Below the pieces are notes generated by a model, which did no database searches, was not told where the DNA came from, and saw only the letters and a program-made list of their open reading frames with translations. DNA of 63,290 nt, the filler included, from Guillardia theta CCMP2712 (Eukaryota; Protista; Cryptophyta): assembly GCF_000315625.1 (NCBI RefSeq). It is 4 parts of 4 records of this genome, joined end to end, with 100 filler letters (N's around TTAATTAATTAA, not from the genome) between each part and the next. Parts side by side here need not be neighbours in the genome. Positions count along the whole stretch, not along the records: positions 1 to 26,193 come from NW_005434558.1; 3 more parts are not named here. One strand, written 5' to 3'. Both the position numbers and the translations under genes were made by a program. Below, piece by piece: positions 1 through 11,914 of this stretch (position 1 is the stretch's first letter; each line of letters opens with the position of its first letter).

Positions 1-44
1 GGCTTCATGGCGCTTGCTAGGGTCCTTGAAAGAGGAAATGGAAG

Positions 45-45
<1 letters not shown>

Positions 46-90
<45 letters not shown>

Positions 91-113
91 TCAGGAGCAG
101 CAGCAGAAGCAGA

Positions 114-149
<36 letters not shown>

Positions 150-370
150 GGCAGGGGCAGGGGCAGGTGCAGGTGCAGGTGCAGAGGCAGGTGCAGGTGC
201 AGGTGCAGGAGCAGGAGCAGGGGCAGGAGCAGGAGCAGGAGCAGGGGCAGGGGCAGGTACAGGTGCAGGTGCAGAGGCAGAGGCAGGGGCAGGAGCAGGA
301 GCAGGGGCAGGGGCAGGAGCAGGAGCAGAAGCAGATGCAGGGGCAGGGGCAGGGGCAGGGGCAGGAGCAG
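46..370. repeat. (GCAGGA/GCAGGG/GCAGGT)n hexamer microsatellite; may encode a Q/E-rich tract of a gene starting before the window
   Basis: Direct hexamer run; the same unit recurs at ~13490-13680 and on the minus strand at ~61500-61540. Confidence 0.9.
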
Positions 371-577
371 CTGTCGAGAACCTTGATTGGCCGACGCGTA
401 TGGGCACGCTATGCCAGGCGAGGACGAGGACGATGTGCACAAGGATGAGAAGGAGCAGAGGCAGAGTCCTCAAGGCCGGCAGGCAAACTTGAGGGGGGGA
501 GAGAGGAAATGACATAATTGGCCGTATGATCTCACGCGCACGTCTCTAATCATCAGGACAGGTCGTTGTCAGTCAGC

Positions 578-1124
578 ATGAGCAATCCTTGTGGAGAAGT
601 CTGGGATGAAATCACGTGAGTTGTTTGCTGTGTTATAAGGCCTCATTGGCTGACACGATGTTGTCAGGCAACAAGACGTGCCCAAGGTGGACACCAAGTC
701 TTTCGGTCTCCTCTGCTTCATCTTGAACATCTTTTTCCCGGGCATCGGATCGATCGTAGCCGGGCTCAAGGGAGACAAGACATCCACCATGGTCCCTCGT
801 GCTCTCCTCCCTTGTGCGACCTCTAATCTCCCTTCCTTTCAGATCGTCGGAGTCCTTCAGTTCGTGACCTCCTGGTTCATCCTCGGGTGGATTTGGAGCA
901 TCTGGTGGGGATGGCTCATCTACTCAAAGGCGAGTGACTCTCCATTACAATCTCCTCTGTCCCCTCCTTTCACGAACCCCGACCCTTGCCATGCTGCCCT
1001 ACTGCCCTCGTTTCCCTGTCCCCCCATGCTCGTCCTCCCTGTTCCCTCCTCCCTCTTCCAAGTGCATCTCGCTGACTGTTCCTGTTCTCAGTCTGGCGGC
1101 TTCAGTCCTTTGTCAAACGCCTAA
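578..1124 (+). CDS. Stum/SPEC3-family small membrane protein, 4 exons (578-615, 668-791, 843-929, 1092-1124)
   Basis: Spliced product MSNPCGEVWDEITQQDVPKVDTKSFGLLCFILNIFFPGIGSIVAG..IVGVLQFVTSWFILGWIWSIWWGWLIYSK fits the SPEC3/Stum pattern (LNxxxPGxG..GxLQ..GWxWSIxWG). GT-AG introns 616-667 and 792-842; last intron probably GC-AG. Confidence 0.8.
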
Positions 1125-1196
1125 CACAATGCTGTTTTCTCTTTTTCTGTTCAATAGTCTTCGGTGTTTAGTCTCACACTTGTATGCTAGTATGGA

Positions 1197-3796
1197 TCAA
1201 GCAGTGCGATCTTCTTGAGACGTCCCTTTGCTGCACTTCTTCTCTAGAACGGCGAGCTTGCTTGCGAAGTCCTCGTGACTGCGATGACGTCAGCATCTCG
1301 GGCAAGTCATGCTCCACTAGTACCTCAGATAGCATCCCACAAGCACCCGCCCGCTCCTGGGTGAAATCTCGCTCCTTCCATGCATCACGCGCTTGTTGTC
1401 GATGATGATCAGCTGGCCGGGCTGCACGCAAAGAACATGAGGAGGCGAAGAGAAGCGAACAGTGGAACGAGGTTCAAGCACAAGGCAAAGGGAGGAATCT
1501 GACCATGAGCTTGAGCCATGCCTCGTTGGAAGGGTCGGCAACGATGGAGCAGAGTTGTTGCCAAGCTTTGTAGAATCTCAACACCTGAGGTAGAAAAATT
1601 GAGACAGACAAACAGACGGACAGGGAGAGGGAGGGAGGCAGACAACAAGCAGTACAAGGACGATGAAGAGGGACTCACTTGAGAGGGGGGAAGCCGCATC
1701 ACATCGCGATCCAGGGTGTTGAGGCTGAACCGGATTACATTTCCATCCGCGTCCTGGGGAGCCATTAGCACCATATCTGTCATACCTTCATCCTGCTTAC
1801 CTTCCCGAAGACAGTGTGGTAGCTCACAAGGTGATTCTGACCGGACAAAGTCAGAAGGATGAAGAGCAATGTACTGCCTTCACCTCCTTGTCAGTGTGCT
1901 GGAAGGGGACCGGAGTCTCGCACAGGAAGTTGAAAGAGTCGCTGTCGATTTCCTTCAAGTCTTCAGCGACCTGCAGGCAAGTGACGTGGCGACAAGATGG
2001 CAGAGTGTGCAAACCTTGAACCCATCGACCAGCAGAGTATCTCCTCCATGAAGGTCTGGCTCGAGGCAGTGGAACACCTGAGGAAAAGCGATTGAGCGAC
2101 GCGCCATTGCTGCTCTCACAATTCGCTCACCTGGATACCGGGAGGATCTTGCCAGTAGTTGCCGTCAGTGTGGGCTGGCAGGGCGCATGTGGAGAAAGCA
2201 GAGTCGATATTCTTATTTGCATGTCAGGGGGAGCACGTGCAGTCGAGTGCTGTCAAGGAAACCACACCTTCTTGTCGTCCGCTGGAAGCAGACGAGTCTC
2301 CCAGAAGCCTCCGTAGCTGTTTGTAAGGATTAGAACAACGCACTGTCGAGACTTTCCTCACATAGTGTTCCTGACAGGACCAATCCTTTCGACCACCTTT
2401 TGAGATGTCTCTGTTGCACCAGCCGTTAGCTGAGCAACTTCTTCTCGGGCGAGCCCTTACCTTTGCAGGTGGGTGTGTTTGACACAATAGCCAGACCGAA
2501 TTTCTTGACCTTGCGGAGAAGCTGTAATCAAGTGTAAACAACCATCGAGCAGTCATGATCCGAGTGAATACCTCAAGGACAGCCTTGTCATCTCGCATCA
2601 CCTGCCACAGCTGTAAACAGAAAGCACAGCAGCTGATTCCACTCACCTCCTCGAAAGGCACGGACACGTTAGAAATGTACTTGTTGAGATCATTCCCCCA
2701 CAACCAGGGACGGTTGCGGAGTTGCCGCTTAATCTCCTGAGGGTTTAAGTGTCAGCGATAGGAACGAACATTAGCAACTTAATACATTGTGGTGGGAGTA
2801 ACAGTTGTGCCTTAGCCATTTGGTATCGAACTCAGATACCTTGACCCCATCAACATGTCTTCGCATGAAACGTAAGTAAATTTGTTCGCCTCGGACTCTT
2901 CAACATTCACCTGTTCCAGGTAATCTTGACTTTTCTCCCATTGTCAGTGACCTGCGAAGAGGTCACTTCAATCTTCTTGAAATGAAAAACAAGGTGGCAA
3001 TAAGGCATTGCATTTGCTGCCTAAATGCGTGCAATCGAAAAATAGAATGCACAGACCTCAATAGACTCTGCCGCTATGTCAAGGGGAATCCTGAGATACA
3101 TAATTATCAAAAAAACATGTCCACGGCGAAGAAATTCAAGTCTACTTCGCAGTGTCGACTGTCCTCTGATTGGTGATGGAGGCAGCTGTTCCGTGCGAGT
3201 ACTCGTGATCGCGGAGCCAGATGAAGTGATACTTGGAGTGGTGTCCGTCTTTCCAGACCTGCGATGCACACTTGATCAGCCCTGGAGATTGGGGGCGTCC
3301 ACTGCCTTACCACTTCAAGGGCCCTTTCAGCAATGTCTGTCGTCATGTTCCAGATCACGAATGCATCCGTGTCGTACGACATGCGATCTGCACTGCAAGT
3401 GAGGATGCCTGGCAAAAGTGCCCACGGCATTGCTCACTTTCAACTGATGGAAGTGGGAATCCCCTGTAGTCTGTGAGGCTGAAGTCGAGCGGTGGATACT
3501 CTGCTTTGATCCTCTCCTGGCGTCCGACGCCTCTGGTGATGTTCTTGTACACATCAACAGCAGCAAGTGCTGAAGAATGCTTCTGAGAGCGCGTCGCCTG
3601 ATACAAGTTAGCATCGCGCAAACAACCACGCCAACCATTCCGAACCTGCTCATATTTTGATACGGCAATTCTGCTCACACTGTTGACGGTGGGGTATCTA
3701 TTCATTCATTTTTCAGAAATGAGGCATGTCGATCTCCAAATACCTTATGCGAGATGAGAAATCTCGGATGTTTCTGGTTATAGCCTGACGGAACAT
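1197..3796 (-). CDS. TMLHE: Trimethyllysine dioxygenase / gamma-butyrobetaine hydroxylase family (Fe/2OG, TauD fold), multi-exon, with mitochondrial-type presequence
   Basis: Exons read MFRQAITRNIRDFSSRIR; KYHFIWLRDHEYSHG..NQRTVDT (GBBH-like N-domain); ALPAHTDGNYWQDPPGIQ|VFHCLEPDLHGGDTLLVDGFK (HxD); PGQLIIIDNKRVMHGR..RVLVGCYL (distal His and Arg). Not every exon boundary resolved. Confidence 0.85.
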
Positions 3797-6250
3797 GTTT
3801 GAATCTATTCGGAATTTCCCAGATTGAATGTATGTCTGATGTAAAGGAATATAACAATGGTGTGGCTGGGAGTTAGAATTTGCTCTCGGACTATTGAAAT
3901 AAGTAGATGCCGCTCAAATGTACAAGAAAGATTCGCGCGCTCCAACTGTGGAGTGGTAAAGATGCAACTAAGGTAATTTCCAGCGGATGATGAGGAGCGC
4001 TTGCCAAGTGTCAACGTCGTTGCCCAGCTTCCCTACACCTGAAGGAAGCATTCGACATCAGAAAACATGTTTGGTCCAAGGAATATGAGATCAAGGCATG
4101 GCAGCAGACGTTTGATCACCTGCCATGTGTCCGCGGTCGTCACTTTCTCCCAGAGTTCAGCCGGAAACAGAATAGATGGATGGAAAAATGATCGCCGCCG
4201 TGCGGATTTCTGTAATGAGAAAGTCATTTTCTTGTTGACATGCATCTTGTGTGCTCCATTTCGTGTTGCAATCAGATTTGCTTCATCTCCAATCGTAAGT
4301 AAAGGGATATTAGATTGACAAATCCACAGAGGGTGTGGATTGGTTGAAGGAGTCTAATACGAATCGTACAAGTCATGAGCAACACAACAATCAATTGTGG
4401 CAGCATCTATCAGCGATAAGTGTAACCATCATCGTCATGCCATCAAGGGATGCGACGAATGATGGACTGAACTGCTCGATATATCTCCATATCTCCAGGA
4501 TCCCCTGCAGCCTGCCGCCTCCAAACCCTACACTCCTCTCACTGTCTGATGTCAAGCTTCACACCACCCTTCATCTGCTCCTTGAGACATCTCTCAGTGT
4601 CATTGCTCGCTTCTATTTGCTTCCTCTTCCTCCCTCCCCGTTCTCCCTCCTCCACCTCTGCCTTCCTTTCAGCCATGCCCGACCACCAAGATTCTTTTCT
4701 AAAATGCTTCATCCAAAAATTATTTTTGAACCTCAATGCTTCGAGCTGAAGGATCTAATTTGGAGGCTTTTACAAGATATTTATTTTAAAAAAACGTATT
4801 TATGGTCTTACTAAAACTACTTCTTCGGTACAGTGACCATCAATCAATATTAAATTATAAATCTGGTTCAAACAATTATTCTAAAACGTTTTTGTAAATG
4901 GGAATCAATTGACACCTGGCAGCTCACCAGTACGATGGCCCTCCTGTTTAAAACTATTTTCACAGATTAAAAACACGTGTAGTTTCCTACCCCACCCCTT
5001 TGCAAATTTACCCCACCGCTTGTCCGAAGTTCCATCTACGCCCCTCGGGGTAGTCGAGCCCCCACCCCCTATTTCCCATACCTCACTTGTTGAATCAGTT
5101 TGAGGAGCCCCTCTGAAATCTGTACCCCACCCCCTCGAACCTTCAATCGTCCCTTCCTTACCCCTTGTACTCGACTTGTACTGTGTGCTGCAACACGACC
5201 ACATCGTACCCCTACCTACCCTTTATCATGCCTTCTCGAGATTTCAATTGATATTTCACCACTGAAACGTCAGTGAATCTTGAAATTGTTCCAGGGAAAT
5301 GATTTGGACAAGCTTTGAAATTGTGAAATATTTCAGTGACCCTCCATTGATGAACCACGAGTCTTCCTCAGGAGGTGGGGTCCAGATAAGCCTGCTGGTC
5401 AAAAGTTTTTAAGATTAAAACTGAAAACTGATTTTAAACTAGAACACATCGGCCACCACCATCATTCCCCAATTTACCAATTTTGTGGGAATTTGCGAGG
5501 AGAGCTGAAGGCTCAACAACCTAGGGGGGTAAGGGTAAGTAAACTCTCAATTACACCACTAGTAAAAAGTGATAAAGCCACGCTTATCGGGGCAATGGGT
5601 CGTGTAGATTTGAGCAACCCCCCGGAGGCCGGTTGGTCAGGCCGCCACCCCACATGGTGAAAGTTTGTGGGGGAAGAATTCCGAGGAAACAGGGGGGTGG
5701 GGTCTTGCGTGACTGAGTTACCGGCCGGGCTCGGAACTCGGAAGGCGGCAGGCGGCGTGCGCCGGGGCCTGGACACTGACTGGGCCGAAGTTTACTCAAA
5801 GTTAAGTTAAAAATCAGCCTCGAGGACTATGTCATGAAGCCTTGAAGAGACTACTGTAGAGGAGGCTTGACCCTGACACCGTCGCACAGGCCATCACGTG
5901 ACGGCGACTCGGACTCGGAACTTCGAAAAGCCTGAACTTCTTGAAAGACGGCCGGGGCGGGCCCCCGACAGCGGGAACCAACCGTGAACTGGCAACCCTC
6001 ACCGTAGCGCGGCCTGGACTCAAGTTCCAGATCCGAGTGATTGCCAGTTCGCGCCCGGCGCGCCGGGCAGTCACACTTGTAGTACGCCGTGACCGTGGCT
6101 GAGACGGTGCACACCTTGGCCGCGTGACCCGGTGATCGGACTGACGTCGGAGCCGCTCACCAGGCTGCGGCGAGACCATCCGATCCGCCAGCACTGGGCC
6201 GCCAGCACTGGGCAGCCCGGCAGGACTGTACGGTCGGGCACTTTAGAACC

Positions 6251-6913
6251 TCAAAAGTCTGGGCCAGGCCCTGATATCAGCAACATGCTAGCAGTTTGCT
6301 TGCGATCGGATCTCGGAGCCTTGGACGGGAGCTTCTTCTGTCCCGGTTTTCGTTCTGCGCAGCAACAGCCCAAACGGCGGTCAGCGAGGCCCAGTGAGCT
6401 CTTGGATCTTGCGATCCCCACACTAACCGAGTCCTTCCAGCAGCGGGCCCTGCGCTGTCTTCTCCCTCTTCGCCGCTCGCTCCGCCTCCTTCTCCTGCAC
6501 CAGCCGCACGCTCTCGTCCACCCTGCCACCTGGCTGTCAGGAGACAGCAGCCGGCTGCTGTCAAGACCTCTGCTTCTTGTTGCGAGAGGGATTCACGAGC
6601 AGGGACGAGTTGGCCGCCAGGAACTCTTTGATGTCCTCCACTCCCTTGGTCTGCCACAGCCTGCCGATACTTACACTCAACACTCCTGGTCCGGAGCTTG
6701 AAGAACCTCTCTGCTCTCTCATGCAGTGTGCCCCCGCACTTCATCCCTAGCTTGCTCAGCTCGTCCTTGAGGACATTCAACCCCAGCTCCTCGACCTGCA
6801 CCGCCGGTCACAGGCACCAGCAGCCGACCCTACTGAAGGTCCTTGACCTCCTCTACTGTCTCCGCTGTCTCGATGTTGATGCGTCTTACACTCAGCTTGT
6901 GATCCCATATCCT
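6251..6913 (-). CDS. Exons of a gene with an SDE2/SF3A3-type SAP-like domain; 5' end unresolved (possibly up to ~7880)
   Basis: RINIETAETVEE|VEELGLNVLKDELSKLGMKCGGTLHERAERFF matches the LGLxxLKxxLxxLGLKCGGTLxERAxRLF motif. Confidence 0.6.
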
Positions 6914-7963
6914 GCAGACGACGAGAGTCAGTGGAGGCACCGTGCTGATGACTGCTGCTCACATCTGAAATTTTCCGATGAAAGCCGTCCCGGCCTCGTT
7001 CTCAGATCGGAAGCTTGCGGTTTCAAGTCAGATGTTTCAAAAAGCAGAAGAGCAGCATCAAGTTAGAAACGAGAGAAGATGAAGAGGAAGAGGAAGAGGG
7101 AGATTAAAATGATAACAATGGTGACGACGGTCGTAGTGTAGAGGACGATAAGGAAGAGGAGGAGGAGAGAGAGAAATGGATTATGGTTGTAGTGTGTGGC
7201 AGTGTAAAGGAGGAAGAAGTTATGCAGTGGTGTCCGTTGAGAAGAAGCTGGAAATGGAAAAGTATCAAGAGGATGGAGTGTTTTCACCCCGCAAACTCTG
7301 ATATATGCTCATCCTGCTCTTGTTGTTGATGCAGCCTCCTGAGCAAGATAAATCAGGAAAGCATGAGTGAATGAAACCATGTTTCTGTTGCAGAATCCTT
7401 CTGCGGGCCTGGTTACGCGCTTATCTCCTTGCGCCTTGCTCTCACCCTTCCAGCTCCTAATCCTTTTCTCGCTTCTCTTATCCTTGCTGTTCTCAACTCG
7501 TTTCCTCCTCTTTCTTTGACCTTCCCAACCCTTTCTCTGCCATCACCTCTCCCTCTTGCCTCCTGTTCTCCTTCGTCTTTCCCTTTCCCTTGAATCTGCT
7601 CAGGCATTCGCTGCATCATTCTCATGCTCCTGTTCCTGCTATGCTGCTCCTTGCTTCTTCTTCTGCATCTGCTTGCTTCTGCTTCTCCTTGCTTCTTCTT
7701 CTTCTTGCTTCTTGTTCTTCTTCTTCTTGCTTCTTCTTCTGCTTCTCCTTGCGCTTCTGCTTCTGCTTCTCCTTGCTTCTTCTTCTGCTTCTCCTTGCTT
7801 CTGCTTCTTCTTCTCCTCCTCCTCCTCCTCCCCCTTGCTTCTTCTGCTAGCTTCTTCATTGTTCGCTCACCGTCGCTTCTCATCCATCCTGCATGGGGCG
7901 GACTGGAAAGGGGACTTCACGGGTGGGGTAAATTGAGTGGGTGGGGTACTTTTGGGAGGAGCA

Positions 7964-10861
7964 ATGGCGAGCAAGCTGAGCGACAATGTGTTCATGTTCT
8001 TCTTCGCAAGTCACATGTGAGTTGCGGAAGAGAAGATGGATCATGAGGGCGAATGCGATGACGATGAATGCGATGAGGATGGAGATGGAGATGGAGATGG
8101 AGAGTGGGGAGTGGGGAGTGGGGAGTGGGGATGGGGGTGGGGACGGGGATGGGGATGGAGATGGAGATGGAAGGGAAAGAGAAGCGATGCGAAAGCGAAG
8201 GGCAGAAATGGCTATAGAAAGGCCATGCGAATAGATGAGCAAACAAGAGAAGGAGAGCACCTTTTCCTCCCATGGCCATGAGAGGAAAGGGTGGAGAAGA
8301 GATAAAGGGAGGATGGCAGTGGCGACGGTGGCATGCGGGGATATGACTGAGGGTGGAGAGTACGGATGGGGAGAGAGAAGAGTGAATGGGCATAGACGAG
8401 GAGGGCTGAGGATACGATACAACCGTGTATTGACTGTGTCCGTCACGTCTGTGGTCTTGTGTAAAGTGTGATGGCAAGTGTAGAAAGAGATGGGTCTGCG
8501 AGGACTCAAGTATGTGCCTTGTGAGGACTAGCTGAGGCTGAGACAAACCCCAAAGATGACGGGGATGTAGAAGGTAGAGTATCGATAGAGGAGGTAGAGT
8601 ATCGATAGAGGAGGTAGAGTATCGATAGAGGAGGTAGAGTATCGATAGAGGAGGTAGAGTATCGTTAGAGGAGGTAGAGTATCGATAGAGGAGGTAGAGT
8701 ATCGATAGAGGAGGTAGAGTATCGTTAGAGGAGGTAGAGTATCGATAGAGGAGGTAGAGTATCGATAGAGGAGGTAGAGTATCGATAGAGGAGGTAGAGT
8801 ATCGATAGAGGAGGTAGAGCATCGATAGAGGAGGTAGAGTATCGATAGAGGAGGTAGAGTATCGTTAGAGGAGGTAGAGTATCGTTAGAGGAGGTAGAGT
8901 ATCGATAGAGGAGGTAGAGTATCGATAGAGGAGGTAGAGTATCGTTAGAGGAGGTAGAGTATCGTTAGAGGAGGTAGAGTATCGTTAGAGGAGGTAGAGT
9001 ATCGATAGAGGAGGTAGAGTATCGATAGAGGAGGTAGAGTATCGTTAGAGGAGGTAGAGTATCGTGAGAGGAGGTAGAGTATCGTTAGAGGAGGTAGAGT
9101 ATCGTTAGAGGAGGTAGAGTATCGATAGAGGAGGTAGAGTATCGATAGAGGAGGTAGAGTATCGTTAGAGGAGGTAGAGTATCGTTAGAGGAGGTAGAGT
9201 ATCGATAGAGGAGGTAGAGTATCGATAGAGGAGGTAGAGTATCGATAGAGGAGGTAGAGTATCGATAGAGGAGGTAGAGTATCGATAGAGGAGGTAGAGT
9301 ATCGATAGAGGAGGTAGAGTATCGATAGAGGAGGTAGAGCATCGATAGAGGAGGTAGAGTATCGATAGAGGAGGTAGAGTATCGTTAGAGGAGGTAGAGT
9401 ATCGTTAGAGGAGGTAGAGTATCGATAGAGGAGGTAGAGTATCGTTAGAGGAGGTAGAGTATCGTTAGAGGAGGTAGAGTATCGTTAGAGGAGGTAGAGT
9501 ATCGATAGAGGAGGTAGAGTATCGTTAGAGGAGGTAGAGTATCGTTAGAGGAGGTAGAGTATCGATAGAGGAGGTAGAGTATCGATAGAGGAGGTAGAGT
9601 ATCGTTAGAGGAGGTAGAGTATCGATAGAGGAGGTAGAGTATCGATAGAGGAGGTAGAGTATCGATAGAGGAGGTAGAGTATCGATAGAGGAGGTAGAGT
9701 ATCGTTAGAGGAGGTAGAGTATCGATAGAGGAGGTAGAGTATCGTTAGAGGAGGTAGAGTATCGTTAGAGGAGGTAGAGTATCGTTATATTGAAAAGTTG
9801 TGAACTATCGGGGGGGGGGGAGGGGGGGGCCTCTTAGTCCGGACCTCCGGCCTGCTGCCTTGCCGGTTCCTGACAGCACGTTGCAGTCCTGCGACGATCT
9901 TTGTTGACCTACAGGTCGTCCTGCCCAAGAAGTTCTTCCCGGCGTTTGCAAGGAGATCCTTTGACTTCTATATCGACACATTCAAGGATCCCCTGCTGAC
10001 AAGCAGGTCAGTCCATGCACGCTTCCTCCTCCCCGAGCTGCTTCCAGTGTCCGATCTCCATGAAGGGAGCCTTGCAGAGCAGGGGCTCCATGATAGAGTT
10101 TGGCTCGCTCCTCCTCCCTTCATGTGCCATGTTTGCGCCGTCCCGTTGCTGTTTGCCTCTCATCTTCCTCTTCCCCCCCCCGTTTCCTCCTCCTCTCTCT
10201 CGCCCTCGCTGATCTCCTGACTCAGGCCCTTGTGGTTCAAGAGCCTCATCATGGCTGAAGTTGTCTTCCAGCTCCCTTTCTTCTTCGTCGCCCTCTACGC
10301 ATTTCGAACCAGAGCCAACTGGATCCGAGTCCCTTCCATCGTGTACGCCGCGCACGCCTGCACCCAGATGGTCTGAGATGTTCGTGTCCTGCCAGTCAGA
10401 TTGCCCTGCCTGCTACTTCCTGTGTTCCTGCACTGCTGCTGTGCTTGAAGGGTGCTGATCTTGCGGCTAGTGACGCGAGGTCATGCTTGACAGGTTCCTA
10501 TCTTGGGCTCAGTGTGGTTTGATGAAGCTGTTCCCAAAGAGAAGAGGACGGTGAGCGGAGGAGAGGAAAGGAAAGGAGGGACGGCAGGCTAGCGGTTTGG
10601 ACGTGGAGGGAGGAAGAGGAGTGGGCGGGGTCTGGAGGACTGAGGAGAGAGAGAGGAGGGCATGAGGAGGGGGAAGGATCTTGGTGATGGCCATGGCAGG
10701 TGCTGTCTTGTATCTACCTCCCCTACTTTGCGATCCCGCTGTGGTTGCTAGTGCGCATGTATCGCAACCCAGGTGTCCTCTGCTATGTGCTCAGCAGCAT
10801 TTCGCTAACTCCGCTCAACCTTGCTGCAGTTCCCTTCCCTCTCTCCATCAAGGGCGAATGA
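7964..10861 (+). CDS. TMEM97: TMEM97/MAC30 EXPERA-domain protein; exons 7964-8016, 9887-10006, 10226-10370, 10494-10550, 10700-~10772, ~10830-10861
   Basis: Spliced MASKLSDNVFMFFFASHI|PATIFVDLQVVLPKKFFP..FYIDTFKDPLL..PLWFKSLIMAEVVFQLPFFFVALYAF..WIRVPSIVYAAHACTQM|VPIL..IYLPYFAIPLWLLVRM; splice phases consistent. Confidence 0.85.
8571..9786. repeat. 20-bp minisatellite (GAGGTAGAGTATCGWTAGAG) x~61 inside TMEM97 intron 1
   Basis: Direct 20-bp period; variation almost entirely A/T at one position. Confidence 0.97.
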
Positions 10862-11329
10862 GCTCAAGAGCGCAAGGATACCTTCCATGGGACTCCCCGT
10901 GCTCCAACCTGTATCCTTCACTTGCTCACTCCTCCTCCTCTTCCGTCCTCGCTCTCTCCCTCCTCTTCCTGCTTCTTCTTCCCTCTTTCCATCTCAACAT
11001 GAGCCATGTATGAGATAAACATCATCGACTTGTACTATCCCGCTCTTCACCATCTCATCGGTCAGCCATGTCCTCCCAGCCTCGTTGTACGTGCCATTGC
11101 ACATCACTTCGCTCACTCTCTCCATGCTTATCGTCGTCTTCACCTGCTTCTCCTCCCCTGCGTTCAACCGCCCCCGCCCCCCCGCCCAGCCTCCATCCTC
11201 TCCGCCCCGCCTGTTTTGAGTTACCCGCCTGCTCGAAACATTTTGCCCCCCCGAGGATTTTTTAGCTCGAAGGACCAGGAGGACGAGGCGTACGGTCAGA
11301 GGAGGAGGAGGGAGCGCAGACAGCCCATC

Positions 11330-11914
11330 ATGAAGGTGCAGCATGCGATATCGGAGGCTCTTGGGGACGTTGGCGCCATGCTTGATGAAGTTGTCGGCAA
11401 GCTCAAGGAGCTCGGCATCGACCTAGAGGAGCTGGCTCCCGACCATGTCTGCTACCGCTGCTCCTCGACAGTCGAGTACCAGGACGTCTGCGCCATGCTG
11501 AGCCAGCAGGGTGTTCTCCTGATCGAATCCATGATTGGAGGGCGGCCCATCTCCACCTTCCAGCTCCATGGCGCGCTAGAGTATGACGGCTGGCGCATCG
11601 GCTGCATCGAAGTGCCATGCCCCAAGGAGGGGAGGGCGTACAAGAGCGGGTGGGAGCACGTGGAGTTTGTCGTCTGCAAGGAGGGAGAACACAAGGGGAA
11701 CGAGCAGCTGCTGTTGTGGAAGGAGAAGTACCCTCATGTACCATGGGACCTCCGGGCGCTGGGCAAGGAGGTCAACCCAGACATCTCCCTACAAGTCAGC
11801 GAGCAGCATAGCTGCAAGTTCCACCAGTGCCCCCTTGACCGAGTCATCGAGAAGGAGAAGGAGCAGAAGCTGTTTGTTCCCGTCCCTCCTGGCTACTTCT
11901 CCCAGCTGTCCTGA
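11330..11914 (+). CDS. YecM-like metalloprotein (VOC/glyoxalase superfamily), intronless
   Basis: DHVCYRC..LLIESMIGGRPISTFQL..IEVPCPK..YKSGWEHVEFVV..CKFHQCPLDRVIEKE, the YecM signature; start assumed at MKVQHA. Confidence 0.8.
   Translation: MKVQHAISEALGDVGAMLDEVVGKLKELGIDLEELAPDHVCYRCSSTVEYQDVCAMLSQQGVLLIESMIGGRPISTFQLHGALEYDGWRIGCIEVPCPKEGRAYKSGWEHVEFVVCKEGEHKGNEQLLLWKEKYPHVPWDLRALGKEVNPDISLQVSEQHSCKFHQCPLDRVIEKEKEQKLFVPVPPGYFSQLS

Noticed and set aside
8571-9786. ORFs across the 20-bp minisatellite
   Set aside because: Artefacts of repeat periodicity inside an intron
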